From NCBI GenBank assembly GCA_013343275.1, contig CP046106.1:32001-96000 (forward strand): a stretch of DNA of 64,000 nt, given 5' to 3'. Positions 36,528 to 46,022 of the stretch are shown in pieces. Each line of letters opens with the position of its first letter. Position 1 is the stretch's first letter. A model generated the notes under the pieces. The model saw only the letters and a program-made list of their open reading frames with translations. It made no database searches and was not told the origin of the DNA. Origin of the DNA: Candidatus Nanohaloarchaea archaeon. GTDB lineage: Archaea > Nanohalarchaeota > Nanosalinia > Nanosalinales > Nanosalinaceae. The position numbers and the translations under genes were made by a program.

Positions 36528-37805
36528 CTACTTTTGGACTCTGTACCATGAGGTTTCCTCGTCGAAAATGTAGCCGAAGAAGGATCTTATCGTGATGATG
36601 CTGAAGAAGGAAAAGACTAGAGGAGTTATCGTCCAGGAGAGACCTACCGAGTCAACGAAGTTGTATTTTTTGTCATGCATTCTAACAATTAACGCAGTAA
36701 GCATCACGACTGCTATAGGCAGGCTGTAAAACATCTCTGCTCCGAGCAGGAACAGAATCAGGAACTTGGAAACCAGTGTAAGCATGAGGAAACTGCCTAC
36801 CAGGCTGCCGCCCGCAATAAGGAGGGATATGATGCTTCTCCGACCTCTGAAGTTGCGGAAGGCCTTCGAAACCATTTTCGAAAATACTTGGAAATAACCG
36901 GTCATCCATCTCTTTCTCTGCCCCCACCAGTCACGGAGATTATGTGCGGCAAGGTTCTCAACAGGAAGAGGTACGCCCGCAACGTCAACATTGCTGACGT
37001 AGCATTTATGGGCGAAATCATAGTCCTCAGTCAAGGTATCGTCACTGTAACCATCCAGCTCCTCGAAAACTTCTCTTCTCATCCCGACACTCCTGCTACC
37101 TACAAGTCTGAAACCTGTTAACAGTGTAAGCATCTGCCGAGCCACATAAGTGAAAAATACAGATTCATAATAGCTTAGAGACTCTACAATGCCGTCAGGC
37201 CTTGGAATATTTCGGGCCTGAACTATTTCATGGCTCTGAAGCTCTTTAACAATGCCGGAAATGAAATCAGGCCTGACCCTCTGATCTGAATCGAAGAATG
37301 CCACGTACTCGGCAGAAGTATTTTCGACCCCGTAGTTCATGGCGCCGGCCTTGCTACCAGGGTACTTGTCGTTGACAAGGTAATCAACTTTCTCATCTGC
37401 GGAGAGCTTCTTGGCCTCCCTGATACCGGCCTCATCATCGCTCTCACATACAATAAGAACTTTGAAATCGCTGTAGTTCGAGTCAAGGAGAGATTCAACG
37501 CTTCGATGCAGAACCTCCGAGTCCCTGTAGGTAGGTACTATACATGTAATGCTTCCTTCAGCCTCTCCTTCCGGAGAAGAGTACTTTGAAACCCTGAACA
37601 GGAAGATTGCTCCCGACACCAGAAAGAACGCAGCAAAGCCCAGACTGGAAACTAGAGCGTCCAGCCAGATAACCCTGATAGCAACAGAGAAAAGGTCAAA
37701 AGTAAATGAATAAACCTGGTAGCCCTGGAAGAAACCAAGCAAAACCAGGAATACTACGGCCAGAGCAAAACCTGTTCTCTCAGCCAGGATCCTCAGGCCC
37801 ATCAT
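36528..37805 (-). CDS. Membrane GT2 glycosyltransferase (processive-type signature)
   Basis: IVPTY, KAGAMN, FDSD, LTED and QRKRW, with flanking TM helices. Confidence 0.92.
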   Translation of the reverse strand: MMGLRILAERTGFALAVVFLVLLGFFQGYQVYSFTFDLFSVAIRVIWLDALVSSLGFAAFFLVSGAIFLFRVSKYSSPEGEAEGSITCIVPTYRDSEVLHRSVESLLDSNYSDFKVLIVCESDDEAGIREAKKLSADEKVDYLVNDKYPGSKAGAMNYGVENTSAEYVAFFDSDQRVRPDFISGIVKELQSHEIVQARNIPRPDGIVESLSYYESVFFTYVARQMLTLLTGFRLVGSRSVGMRREVFEELDGYSDDTLTEDYDFAHKCYVSNVDVAGVPLPVENLAAHNLRDWWGQRKRWMTGYFQVFSKMVSKAFRNFRGRRSIISLLIAGGSLVGSFLMLTLVSKFLILFLLGAEMFYSLPIAVVMLTALIVRMHDKKYNFVDSVGLSWTITPLVFSFFSIITIRSFFGYIFDEETSWYRVQK

Positions 37806-37880
37806 AGATCAGTTAATCACGTAACAACATTAAAATACAGCAACCCGGAACACTTTAGCCTCGGAATAATAGAGAAGTAT

Positions 37881-38507
37881 CTACTTCTCAACTTCTTCCT
37901 CAAGTTCCTGCTCAAGCGCCTCCATACTCATATCCTCCAGCTCGTCAGCAGTATAGGCCTTTACAACTCCATCTTCCTTCCCTTCAAGCTGTTCTGCCAT
38001 ATACTTCCTGGCCTCCTCGGGTTCGACAGTTCTCAGGGAGTAACTCTCCAGATGCGAGTACATGTCAAGCTTGTCGCTGGCTTTGTCGTTAGCCATGCTT
38101 GAACTCAGAACCGAGGAAATTCGTTTGAAGGCGCTTCTACCAGCCAGCAGACTTAACCCGCCAGTACCCAGGTACATAGGATCTCCGTCCTCCAGAAACT
38201 TCCAGGCGGATCCAGCAAGGCCAAGACCGCTACCACCCAAAACAGCGGTTTCAAGACCTAGAGGCCGATCAGCAACTCCTCTCCTGGCAGCCTCATTATC
38301 AAGAGCGTAGTCAAAGGCATTCTCATGCATTACTATTTCTTCCTGCTCTTCATCGATATCTACAACGCCACTCATCATGCTCAACGCAACGTAATCATCA
38401 ACATCCTCTCTAAGATCTCCAAAAGTATAATCTCCGCCATTTTCAACAGCTACTTCAGCATCCGAAAGATAGGATGCATCCTCCTTCAAAGTATTAATTT
38501 CTCTCAT
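37881..38507 (-). CDS. Hypothetical protein with a Gly-rich hydrophobic hairpin
   Basis: 208-aa acidic ORF with two short hydrophobic segments. Confidence 0.7.
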   Translation of the reverse strand: MREINTLKEDASYLSDAEVAVENGGDYTFGDLREDVDDYVALSMMSGVVDIDEEQEEIVMHENAFDYALDNEAARRGVADRPLGLETAVLGGSGLGLAGSAWKFLEDGDPMYLGTGGLSLLAGRSAFKRISSVLSSSMANDKASDKLDMYSHLESYSLRTVEPEEARKYMAEQLEGKEDGVVKAYTADELEDMSMEALEQELEEEVEK

Positions 38508-38668
38508 ACCAAAACCTCACTTTTGTTACTCTCTAATCAAAATTTAAATAGGGGTTGAGTAAGGCCCGGAAGTCTTCAGAAGCTCTAAAAAACCGGCTGC
38601 GAACAAAAATATAATATACGGTTACTTAAACATTCAACAACCATACTACAAACAACTGTTGCTGATTA

Positions 38669-40768
38669 ATGGTGGTACTCATCGAGAAAAAACCAACTCT
38701 CAAGATAGCGATCCTCGCAACCCTAACACTTCTAACCCTAACCAGCGTATCGGCCCTCACATGGGAAGCTCCAAGCAGCGATTCTCAGTTCGATAATAAT
38801 GTGGTTTTGAATTTTACTGCAACGGCTTCCGAGACTGATAACGCCCAATTATGGTATAGCCCTCCCAATGATGACTCTTTCAGTTTATTCAAGGATAGTG
38901 GACAGATAAATCAAGATAATAGCTTCGTCTTTAATGCGGGTGATGTTGCATCTGTTTACGGAGATTATACTTTCAAAATTAACTCTTCTGATAGTGGAGA
39001 GAGTAAAGAAATAACAGGGGTAATGTTGGATGGTGGCGCTCCATCAGTTACTCTTCCTATTTCGGATGATCGTTTGAATGCTTCTGATGTTGATTTTGAG
39101 GTAACTACTGAAGATAACTTGGTTGATGTTTCAAGTCTAAGTATTACTGTTGAGAACTCTGATGGGGATGAGGTTTTCTCGGAATCTGAGGATAATTGTG
39201 ATTCTTCGGAGTGTTCTCTGGACGTCGATCTTTCAGGCGATCTGGAGAACGGGAAGGAGTACGATGTTGAAGTTACTGCTGTTGATGCAGTAGGTAATGA
39301 GGCCACTCCTTCTGAGACGTTTACTTATGATAATGAGTATGAGGGCGATGAGGATCCAAGGATTAGTCCTCAGCCGACGGTTTTCCAGACTTCTCCTGAT
39401 AAGGATGAGTATACTTTTGATGTGGTTCTGGAGGAGCAGGATCCTGCGGAGCCTTCTGATATTACTGTGAAGTGTCAGCTAGGAGGCCGTGAGCCTGTTG
39501 ATGCTGGTACTCAGGATGTCAGCGGCACTACCAGTTATGAGTGTAGTGTTGAGCCTATGAGGAATACTCAGACTACTCTTGAGGTATTTATGATTGATGA
39601 GGCCGGTAACAGTGTTTCGAAGGAGTTTGAGTATACTTTTGATTACACGCAACCGGAGGTAAGTGGTCTGAGTACTGTTGTCAGTGTTTTCAACAGTGAT
39701 TTCGAGGTCAGTTATGAGGCCTCGGATGCTGCTTCTGAAGTTACTGATTTGATCTATCAGATAGATGAGTCCACTCTGGATACTGATAATGAGAAGTTGA
39801 GTGTTAACGGTAGTTTCACTGTTGATACTTCAGGCCTTGACTCTGGCAGCCATACTTTGTATGTGTGGGTTAGGGATGAGGCTGGTCGCTGGAGTGAGAG
39901 CGATTCTCTGACCTTTGAGTTCCGGCCTAGTGCTGAGCCGAAGGCTAGTGTTTCCGGTCTCGGTGAGGTCCGGGTTACTGCTGGGGAGTCGAAGACGTTT
40001 ACTTTCCAGGTTCGGAATACTGGAGAGCTTTTGATTCCTTCCCTGACTTTCAAGCTGGAAACCGGTTTCTCGAACCATACCAGTATTGTCAGTGATCTGA
40101 AGCCAGGTAATAATCGTTCGGTAAGCTTTACGGTTGATACCTCCGAGTCGAATCTCGGGAAGCATACTGTTTCCCTGAGTTCGGAGAGCCCGGATATTTC
40201 GAAGACCTTCCCTCTTGTTGTTGAGGCGAACGCCGAGCAGCAGCAGAATATTACTTCGAATTACCAGTCCAAGCTTTCGAGGTTTGAGGATCTCAAGGCC
40301 AATGTCACTGAGCTTATGAGTAAGGTTTCTGGTGAGAGACAGGAGCAGCTGGCCAGCGACTTCGAGGAACTTAATCAGACTATGAACGAGGCCAAGCAGG
40401 CTGTTGAGGAAGGCCGTTACTACAAAGCTGCCAGCCTTCTTGAGGGCGTTGATTCGTACTTCTCTCAGGCCAGCCAGGGTTACGAAGAGGTCAAAAAGGA
40501 GTATAAGATCGCTCAGAGGAACAAGCTGATCTTTGGATTCCTGCTGTTCCTTGCTGTCGGCGGAATAGGTACTGTAGGCTACTTCTACACTAATGACGAG
40601 TACGAGTTCGATCTCTCAGCTATTGAGAACCTTGAGTTTAAGGACGTCAATCTCGGAGATTACTCTCTGTCGATGGAGCCTGTAAACAACTTTGTTGAGA
40701 ATGTCAGGGAGTGGCTTGAAGAGGAGGAAGAAAAGGCCGAGGAGACTTTCCAGGGCTTTACTAACTAG
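38669..40768 (+). CDS. Cell-surface protein: signal peptide, tandem Ig-like domains, CARDB/NEW3-like domain, coiled coil and C-terminal TM anchor
   Basis: N-terminal hydrophobic signal, three repeated DAVGN/DEAGN/DEAGR Ig-strand motifs, VRNTG..LKPG, heptad region and TM LIFGFLLFLAVGGIGTVGYFY. Confidence 0.8.
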   Translation: MVVLIEKKPTLKIAILATLTLLTLTSVSALTWEAPSSDSQFDNNVVLNFTATASETDNAQLWYSPPNDDSFSLFKDSGQINQDNSFVFNAGDVASVYGDYTFKINSSDSGESKEITGVMLDGGAPSVTLPISDDRLNASDVDFEVTTEDNLVDVSSLSITVENSDGDEVFSESEDNCDSSECSLDVDLSGDLENGKEYDVEVTAVDAVGNEATPSETFTYDNEYEGDEDPRISPQPTVFQTSPDKDEYTFDVVLEEQDPAEPSDITVKCQLGGREPVDAGTQDVSGTTSYECSVEPMRNTQTTLEVFMIDEAGNSVSKEFEYTFDYTQPEVSGLSTVVSVFNSDFEVSYEASDAASEVTDLIYQIDESTLDTDNEKLSVNGSFTVDTSGLDSGSHTLYVWVRDEAGRWSESDSLTFEFRPSAEPKASVSGLGEVRVTAGESKTFTFQVRNTGELLIPSLTFKLETGFSNHTSIVSDLKPGNNRSVSFTVDTSESNLGKHTVSLSSESPDISKTFPLVVEANAEQQQNITSNYQSKLSRFEDLKANVTELMSKVSGERQEQLASDFEELNQTMNEAKQAVEEGRYYKAASLLEGVDSYFSQASQGYEEVKKEYKIAQRNKLIFGFLLFLAVGGIGTVGYFYTNDEYEFDLSAIENLEFKDVNLGDYSLSMEPVNNFVENVREWLEEEEEKAEETFQGFTN

Positions 40769-41109
40769 ATAATCCGGTAGGTGTTCCGGAACTCCTCTTT
40801 CATTATTCCCTTATCCCTTACGTTCTTTATTATCTCTGAGATCTCCTGTGCAAATATCTCATCTGTTGCGGCCTTTGAGGCAGCGTCACGCACGAGAATA
40901 CCTATCTGTGGATCATCCTTCAGTCTCTGAATTATATCTTGGTCTGCACGTGTATTGCTGAGGTACTGTGAGACTGCGGGCTGTGTTACTCCTAGCTTCT
41001 CAGCTATCTCCGACTGTTTAAGCCCGTATTCCTGCTTCAACTGGTTGGCTATCATGCTTCTTATAGCTGGAAGAAGCTCTTCGTTCACTACCTCTACTTC
41101 AAACCGCAT
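40765..41109 (-). CDS. HTH transcriptional regulator (archaeal COG2522-like)
   Basis: EVVNEELLPAIRSMIA..L..YGLKQSEIAEKLGVTQPAVSQYL..R. Confidence 0.88.
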   Translation of the reverse strand: MRFEVEVVNEELLPAIRSMIANQLKQEYGLKQSEIAEKLGVTQPAVSQYLSNTRADQDIIQRLKDDPQIGILVRDAASKAATDEIFAQEISEIIKNVRDKGIMKEEFRNTYRII

Positions 41110-41206
41110 ATAGTATTACGGTGTTATAATTTTCAAAAACTCTTCTACTGAAAAAGGCCTTCGGAAATTAATAGAGAAAAAAAGGAGAGAGGTATATGTG
41201 GTGTTT

Positions 41207-41548
41207 TTAGTAGTCGGATTGCTGGATTTCCCGTGAAAGCTTCTCGACATCTGCGGAAAGTGCTTCCAGCTTCCTGCTGACTCTCTCCTTCTCCTTGATA
41301 ATGTTCTCCACTTTCTCGTACTTCTTGGCAGCATTATCGAGGTGGTGTTTCTCTACATAGGCGGCTTCTGTTTCCATCATGTTGTCGATTATTTCTTCAG
41401 CGATCTCTCCCAGAAGCATGTTCAATCCGTAGTATACGTTTGAACGCACGTACTGGCCTTCGGAGGCCTTGTCTCTTACCATTCTTTTGATCCTTGCATG
41501 AGTGAAAGGAAGTTCAGATACTTCAACGTCTTCGGGTACTTCTACCAT
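41207..41548 (-). CDS. Histone-fold protein with C-terminal coiled coil
   Basis: LPFTHARIKRMVR (alpha1), QYVRSNVYYGLNMLLGEIAEEII (L1-alpha2), AYVEKHHLDNA (L2-alpha3), then a heptad tail. Confidence 0.75.
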   Translation of the reverse strand: MVEVPEDVEVSELPFTHARIKRMVRDKASEGQYVRSNVYYGLNMLLGEIAEEIIDNMMETEAAYVEKHHLDNAAKKYEKVENIIKEKERVSRKLEALSADVEKLSREIQQSDY

Positions 41549-41724
41549 GTTATCACAGTAAAAATTACGCTCAGAATCTTTTAATGCTTATCCATCCATG
41601 CTTCAGCAGACTTCCAACTTTGATGGAAAAGATTTGAGGCCTTACATTCCTGCCTCAGATTGCAACCACGGATTCCGGGTTTTTAGCCGGTAGATATAAA
41701 TTGAGGCCTGGATAAAACGGTTTT

Positions 41725-41988
41725 ATGGCAGGTCTAGTTATCGACAGGGAAAGTATTGATCTTTTGCTTCAGGTACTGAAAGTGCCGCTTGTCCTTCTGG
41801 CTATACTTTTGCTCTACCGGTTGAACAGGGTTATAGAGGTTGGAGAGGAATCTGTGGAGTCGCTTGAGAGAACGGCCCGTAATGTTGAGGATTCTTCGAA
41901 GACTTTAGCTAATTTTGTTTCAATTATGCGGAAAATCCCTTTCGTGCGAGGTGGTGAAGATGACAAACGAACTTCTGGAAGCAGCTGA
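41725..41988 (+). CDS. Small membrane protein with coiled coil (DUF948-like)
   Basis: A single TM segment followed by a heptad-rich helix. Confidence 0.6.
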   Translation: MAGLVIDRESIDLLLQVLKVPLVLLAILLLYRLNRVIEVGEESVESLERTARNVEDSSKTLANFVSIMRKIPFVRGGEDDKRTSGSS

Positions 41989-42202
41989 ATCCGGCGATGA
42001 TTCGAGCGAGGAAAGATACAATAAACTGAAGAAGGAAGAGGCCGATACTCAGGCAGACTCTCCGGCAGAGAAGCGCTACAATGAACTGAAGGAGAAGGCG
42101 AAGAGAGAGTTCGAGAAAGAGGAGATGGAGAGGAAGAGAAAGGAGTCTGAGGAAGACGACGCCGAGGAAGATGAAGAGGATCAACAGTTTATAACTTACT
42201 AA
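41960..42202 (+). CDS. Small acidic protein with two internal repeats
   Basis: ATG 41960 behind GAGGTGG; SSEERYNKLKKE and SPAEKRYNELKEK repeats; E/D-rich tail. Confidence 0.65.
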   Translation: MTNELLEAAESGDDSSEERYNKLKKEEADTQADSPAEKRYNELKEKAKREFEKEEMERKRKESEEDDAEEDEEDQQFITY

Positions 42203-42220
42203 ACCTATTTTCTTTTTTGT

Positions 42221-43396
42221 ATGGATTTAGACCGAGTTCCGTCCATAGCCAAGTACCTTTCAGTAGTATTTCTTGTTTCCTGGCTTGGACGAAGCACTGT
42301 TTGGAACTTCCTGCCGATCTTCCTGGAAAAGCATATATCAAGCGTATTCCTACTCGGTATAATAACTGCATTACCAGCTATCATACCTTTACTACTTGAT
42401 ATCCCTGTAGGAAATCTTGTTCAGAAATCTGGAGAAAAAATAGTAATATTTCTAGGCCTTTTCGCAGCAATACTGCCGCCAGCACTCTATGCAACTGCAA
42501 TAGCACCACTGCTAGTACTTGGTAAGGCAGCTGAAGGAGTAGTTAAATCTCTGGTCTGGAACGGAGGATGGAGTCTCTCACTGAAGTCTGCAGATGACGA
42601 TGTTGAATCAGAGGCTGTATCAGTCTTCCTGCTAGGAGTCAATCTGGCCCTGGTACTCGGACCCATCATTGGAGGATTCCTTATCGCCTCGCAAGGCTTC
42701 TATCTCACTTTCAAGCTCTGGGCATTCTCATCAATCCTTGGTCTCCTAGTCTTCTACAGTTACGTAGGTATTGAGAGAAAGGAAGGACTTGAACAGTCTC
42801 TGGAGGAGCTGCTTCACCGCAGAACCTACATGGATGAATACCACCACATCAAGGAGCACTGGAGCGATCTGAAGTTCCCATTCAGCCTGGTATTCCTCTA
42901 CTCCATAATTTTCTCATTTTACTGGCTGGCAATACCGCTACTGCTGGATAAGATAAATGCCGACTACGCTACAATGGGAATAATCTTCGGCCTCGCAGCA
43001 GTTCCAAAGGTCTTCCAGTTCATCTTCGGAAATATAGCAGACCACATCGGAAAGCTGAAGACACTGGCCTTCCTCTCACTGGCCCTGACACCTGTGCTTG
43101 TAGTCATGAACTTCATCACGAATGTCCTGCTGGTAGGAGTATTCGTATTTATCGCCAGAACCCTGTCATCAGGTATGTCACCCGCAGTTCATGCAACATT
43201 CGATGCAAGAGTGCCTGACGAGATCGAGAGCGAGATGACAGGATTCCTGGAACTGTTTAAACACGGAGGAACAGCACTAGGGCCTATACTTGCAGGTACA
43301 GTCGCATCAATGTACTCGATCAATGCCTCATTCCTTGCAGCTGCTGGTGTATCTCTCCTGATATTTGCTGCAACTTTCCGAGGTCTCTGGGACTAG
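42221..43396 (+). CDS. MFS transporter
   Basis: About 12 TM segments; GNIADHIGK motif A, GPIIGG and GPILAG. Confidence 0.92.
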   Translation: MDLDRVPSIAKYLSVVFLVSWLGRSTVWNFLPIFLEKHISSVFLLGIITALPAIIPLLLDIPVGNLVQKSGEKIVIFLGLFAAILPPALYATAIAPLLVLGKAAEGVVKSLVWNGGWSLSLKSADDDVESEAVSVFLLGVNLALVLGPIIGGFLIASQGFYLTFKLWAFSSILGLLVFYSYVGIERKEGLEQSLEELLHRRTYMDEYHHIKEHWSDLKFPFSLVFLYSIIFSFYWLAIPLLLDKINADYATMGIIFGLAAVPKVFQFIFGNIADHIGKLKTLAFLSLALTPVLVVMNFITNVLLVGVFVFIARTLSSGMSPAVHATFDARVPDEIESEMTGFLELFKHGGTALGPILAGTVASMYSINASFLAAAGVSLLIFAATFRGLWD

Positions 43397-44127
43397 ATAC
43401 GGCCGACTTCCGGGAACTCCAGTATCCCGGCCTCTCTGTCGACAGCGATGGCCTTCAGAGAGTTCTTGTCGGTCTGGTTCCTGAGTATAGGTGAGAGGAG
43501 CTCTCTTGAAGGTACTTCGTTGATGTTTGTGCCGTTCGAGATAGTGGAGAAGGCTGGCATTACAATTATGTTTCTGCCTTCGTTCATTTCTCCATACAGG
43601 AAGCAGTCAACCTTCTCCTTAACGCCTACCTCGTCCGTTAAGGCAAGGGCGGGGTGCTCGTGACCTATAACTACTGTTTCGAATTCTTCAGCCTCCAGGG
43701 TTTGCAGCCCGATATGTCCATGAGTGAAGAGCACTCCATCCTCCTGGTATTTTTCCAGCAATCTAAGGTCTTTCCCCTCCACCACATCCTCGATAAGTGT
43801 GTCGTGGTTTCCCTTGATCAGTATTACGTCCTCGAATCTCTCCTGAAGAAAGTCTATGAACTCACGTATCTCTCTTTTCTCCGAGTAACTGGTTGAGAAC
43901 TCGTTCTTCAGGTCGCCGTTAACCAGTATTCTGCTGGCCTCTGTTTCCTGCTGCATCTCCTCGACGTCTCTCTTGATATCGTCCAGCTGGAACTGAGGTA
44001 CATAGCTTCCTTTCGTCGTCATGCTGCTTTCCAGGCCCAGATGCAGATCTGAGATTACTAGCAGGTCGAGCTCTCCGTGGTAGAGGCCTGGTTTGCTGTC
44101 TATGGTTTTGAATTCGAAGAAGTTCAT
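43393..44127 (-). CDS. Calcineurin-like metallophosphoesterase (COG1407-like)
   Basis: SDLHLG, NGDLK, GNHD, THGH, GHEHP and MPAFS motifs. Confidence 0.92.
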   Translation of the reverse strand: MNFFEFKTIDSKPGLYHGELDLLVISDLHLGLESSMTTKGSYVPQFQLDDIKRDVEEMQQETEASRILVNGDLKNEFSTSYSEKREIREFIDFLQERFEDVILIKGNHDTLIEDVVEGKDLRLLEKYQEDGVLFTHGHIGLQTLEAEEFETVVIGHEHPALALTDEVGVKEKVDCFLYGEMNEGRNIIVMPAFSTISNGTNINEVPSRELLSPILRNQTDKNSLKAIAVDREAGILEFPEVGRI

Positions 44128-44157
44128 GTTGCTGGATTGGGAAGCGAATCTTTTTGT

Positions 44158-45015
44158 TTACTGGTTGACTGCCCGCCAGATTTCCAGAAGTGACTCAAAT
44201 ACATCGTCGTTTGTAGAGACCTGTACGTAACGTGCTCCGTGTTTGTTCGCTATTTCCTCTATCTTTGAGGTATGTTCTTTCAGTTCTTCCTGGTACTGGT
44301 TCTTCGTTCTTTTGGACAGATAAGTTCTGAGCTTTGACTCTGATTCCGGGTCTTTCAGTATTGTGTCTCCCTCGAAACTTGGGTCAAGTTCCTCGGAGTC
44401 AAGTACATTTACTAGGACCACATCGGTATCTCTTAGGCTCTCTATACCTGACTCTATCTCCTCTGTATCTGTCAGGAAATCCGAGATGATGACTACCGCT
44501 GACTTGTTCTTGATTCTGCTGCCGTACTCTGTCAGGCATTTCTCGATCATGCTCTCAGGTGTTTTTCTCAACTCGTTCAATGTCTCAACAATATGAGGTG
44601 TATTGCTGTTTCTCCGACCTGAGGAAATATCGGTAAGAGTCTCTGAGAAAACCGAGAAGCGAAAACGATCGTTAGTGTTCATAGCCATATCGGCCACGGC
44701 AATCCCCAGCTTACCTCCGTAATCGTATTTTGTAGGTTCTCCATAATCCATTGAGCTGCTTCTGTCAAGGAGGATGTGGATTGTAAGATTCTTTTCCTCC
44801 TCGAAACGCTTTACAAAGTAGTCTTTGGTTCTTGCATAGGCCTTCCAGTCTATCTTCCGGATATCGTCGCCGGGAGCGTACTGCTTGTGGTCCTTGAAAA
44901 TCATTCCCTGGCCTGTGAAGCTGCTGGACTGCTCTCCCTGACTTCTTTCCTCTGAGTGCTTATCCAGAGCTAGCTGGAAGTTCTGCAGCTCGTCAAGGAA
45001 CTCTATGTCTATCAT
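44158..45015 (-). CDS. DUF58 / vWA-domain protein (MoxR partner)
   Basis: FKDHKQYAPGDDIRKIDWKAYART, VKRFEEE, LDRSSSM (MIDAS) and ISDF. Confidence 0.93.
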   Translation of the reverse strand: MIDIEFLDELQNFQLALDKHSEERSQGEQSSSFTGQGMIFKDHKQYAPGDDIRKIDWKAYARTKDYFVKRFEEEKNLTIHILLDRSSSMDYGEPTKYDYGGKLGIAVADMAMNTNDRFRFSVFSETLTDISSGRRNSNTPHIVETLNELRKTPESMIEKCLTEYGSRIKNKSAVVIISDFLTDTEEIESGIESLRDTDVVLVNVLDSEELDPSFEGDTILKDPESESKLRTYLSKRTKNQYQEELKEHTSKIEEIANKHGARYVQVSTNDDVFESLLEIWRAVNQ

Positions 45016-45977
45016 ACCGAGTGCACTATTTCCTCTACAACCTTATCTTCGTCTTTTCCTTTCTTCTCCGCCTGGAAGCTCAGGCCTATACGATGCCGTA
45101 GAACAGGCTTTGCAACATGGTTTATATCAGAGGCAGAGACATGGTTCCGCCCTTTAATCAGTGCACGACCTTTAGCCGCCAGCACAATATTCATAGAGGC
45201 TCTTGGTGAGGCACCGTAGTCCAAATCGTCGTGATCTCTCGTTGATGTGACTATATCGATCGCTCTCTCCTTGATATCGTCGGCGATCGGAACCTGACGG
45301 GTAAACTTCTGAAGCCTTACTACTGAAGGCTTGGAGATCACCTCCTTCAGGTCAGGCTCGTAATTTAGCTCAGATGTAAATCTCTCAACGATCTCCTGCT
45401 CCTCATCTTTCTCAGGGTATTCAAGCTCCAGTTTCATCATGAAACGATCTCTCTGGGCCTCAGGTAATGGGTATGTTCCTTCCTGGTCGATAGGGTTCTG
45501 CGTAGCCATCACGAAGAAAGGACTGTCCAGTTCGTAGCTCTGATTACCTACTGTTACCTGTTTCTCCTGCATAGCTTCCAGCAGTGCGGACTGGGTCTTC
45601 GGTGTGGCTCTGTTGATCTCGTCCGCCAGCACCATGTTTGAGAAGATAGGGCCTCTCTGGAAAATGAAGTCGGTCTCACCGGATGACTCATCTATAATAT
45701 GCGTACCGGTAATGTCAGAAGGCATGAGGTCTGGAGTATTCTGTATACGGGAGAAATCCAGACCCATAACTTCTGAAAGAGTCTGTATCATTTTTGTCTT
45801 ACCCATGCCGGGATTAGATTCAAGCAGAACATTTCCGTCGCAAAGTACCGATATCAGAACGTTCTCTATTATTTCTTCCTGGCCTACAATTACTTTGCCG
45901 ACCTCTTCTTTGATTTCAGTCAGTTTCTCCGAGGCTTTGTCGTACTTTCCTGCTTCATCCAGGTTCGATATCTGCAT
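45012..45977 (-). CDS. moxR: MoxR family AAA+ ATPase
   Basis: PGMGKT, RIQNTPDLMPSDITG, LADEINRATPKTQSALLEAMQE and ATQNPIDQEGTYPLPEAQRDRF. Confidence 0.96.
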   Translation of the reverse strand: MQISNLDEAGKYDKASEKLTEIKEEVGKVIVGQEEIIENVLISVLCDGNVLLESNPGMGKTKMIQTLSEVMGLDFSRIQNTPDLMPSDITGTHIIDESSGETDFIFQRGPIFSNMVLADEINRATPKTQSALLEAMQEKQVTVGNQSYELDSPFFVMATQNPIDQEGTYPLPEAQRDRFMMKLELEYPEKDEEQEIVERFTSELNYEPDLKEVISKPSVVRLQKFTRQVPIADDIKERAIDIVTSTRDHDDLDYGASPRASMNIVLAAKGRALIKGRNHVSASDINHVAKPVLRHRIGLSFQAEKKGKDEDKVVEEIVHSV

Positions 45978-46022
45978 AGATAACTACTAAATCCCGAGCT
46001 ATTTAAATTTCCGAGAAACCAT

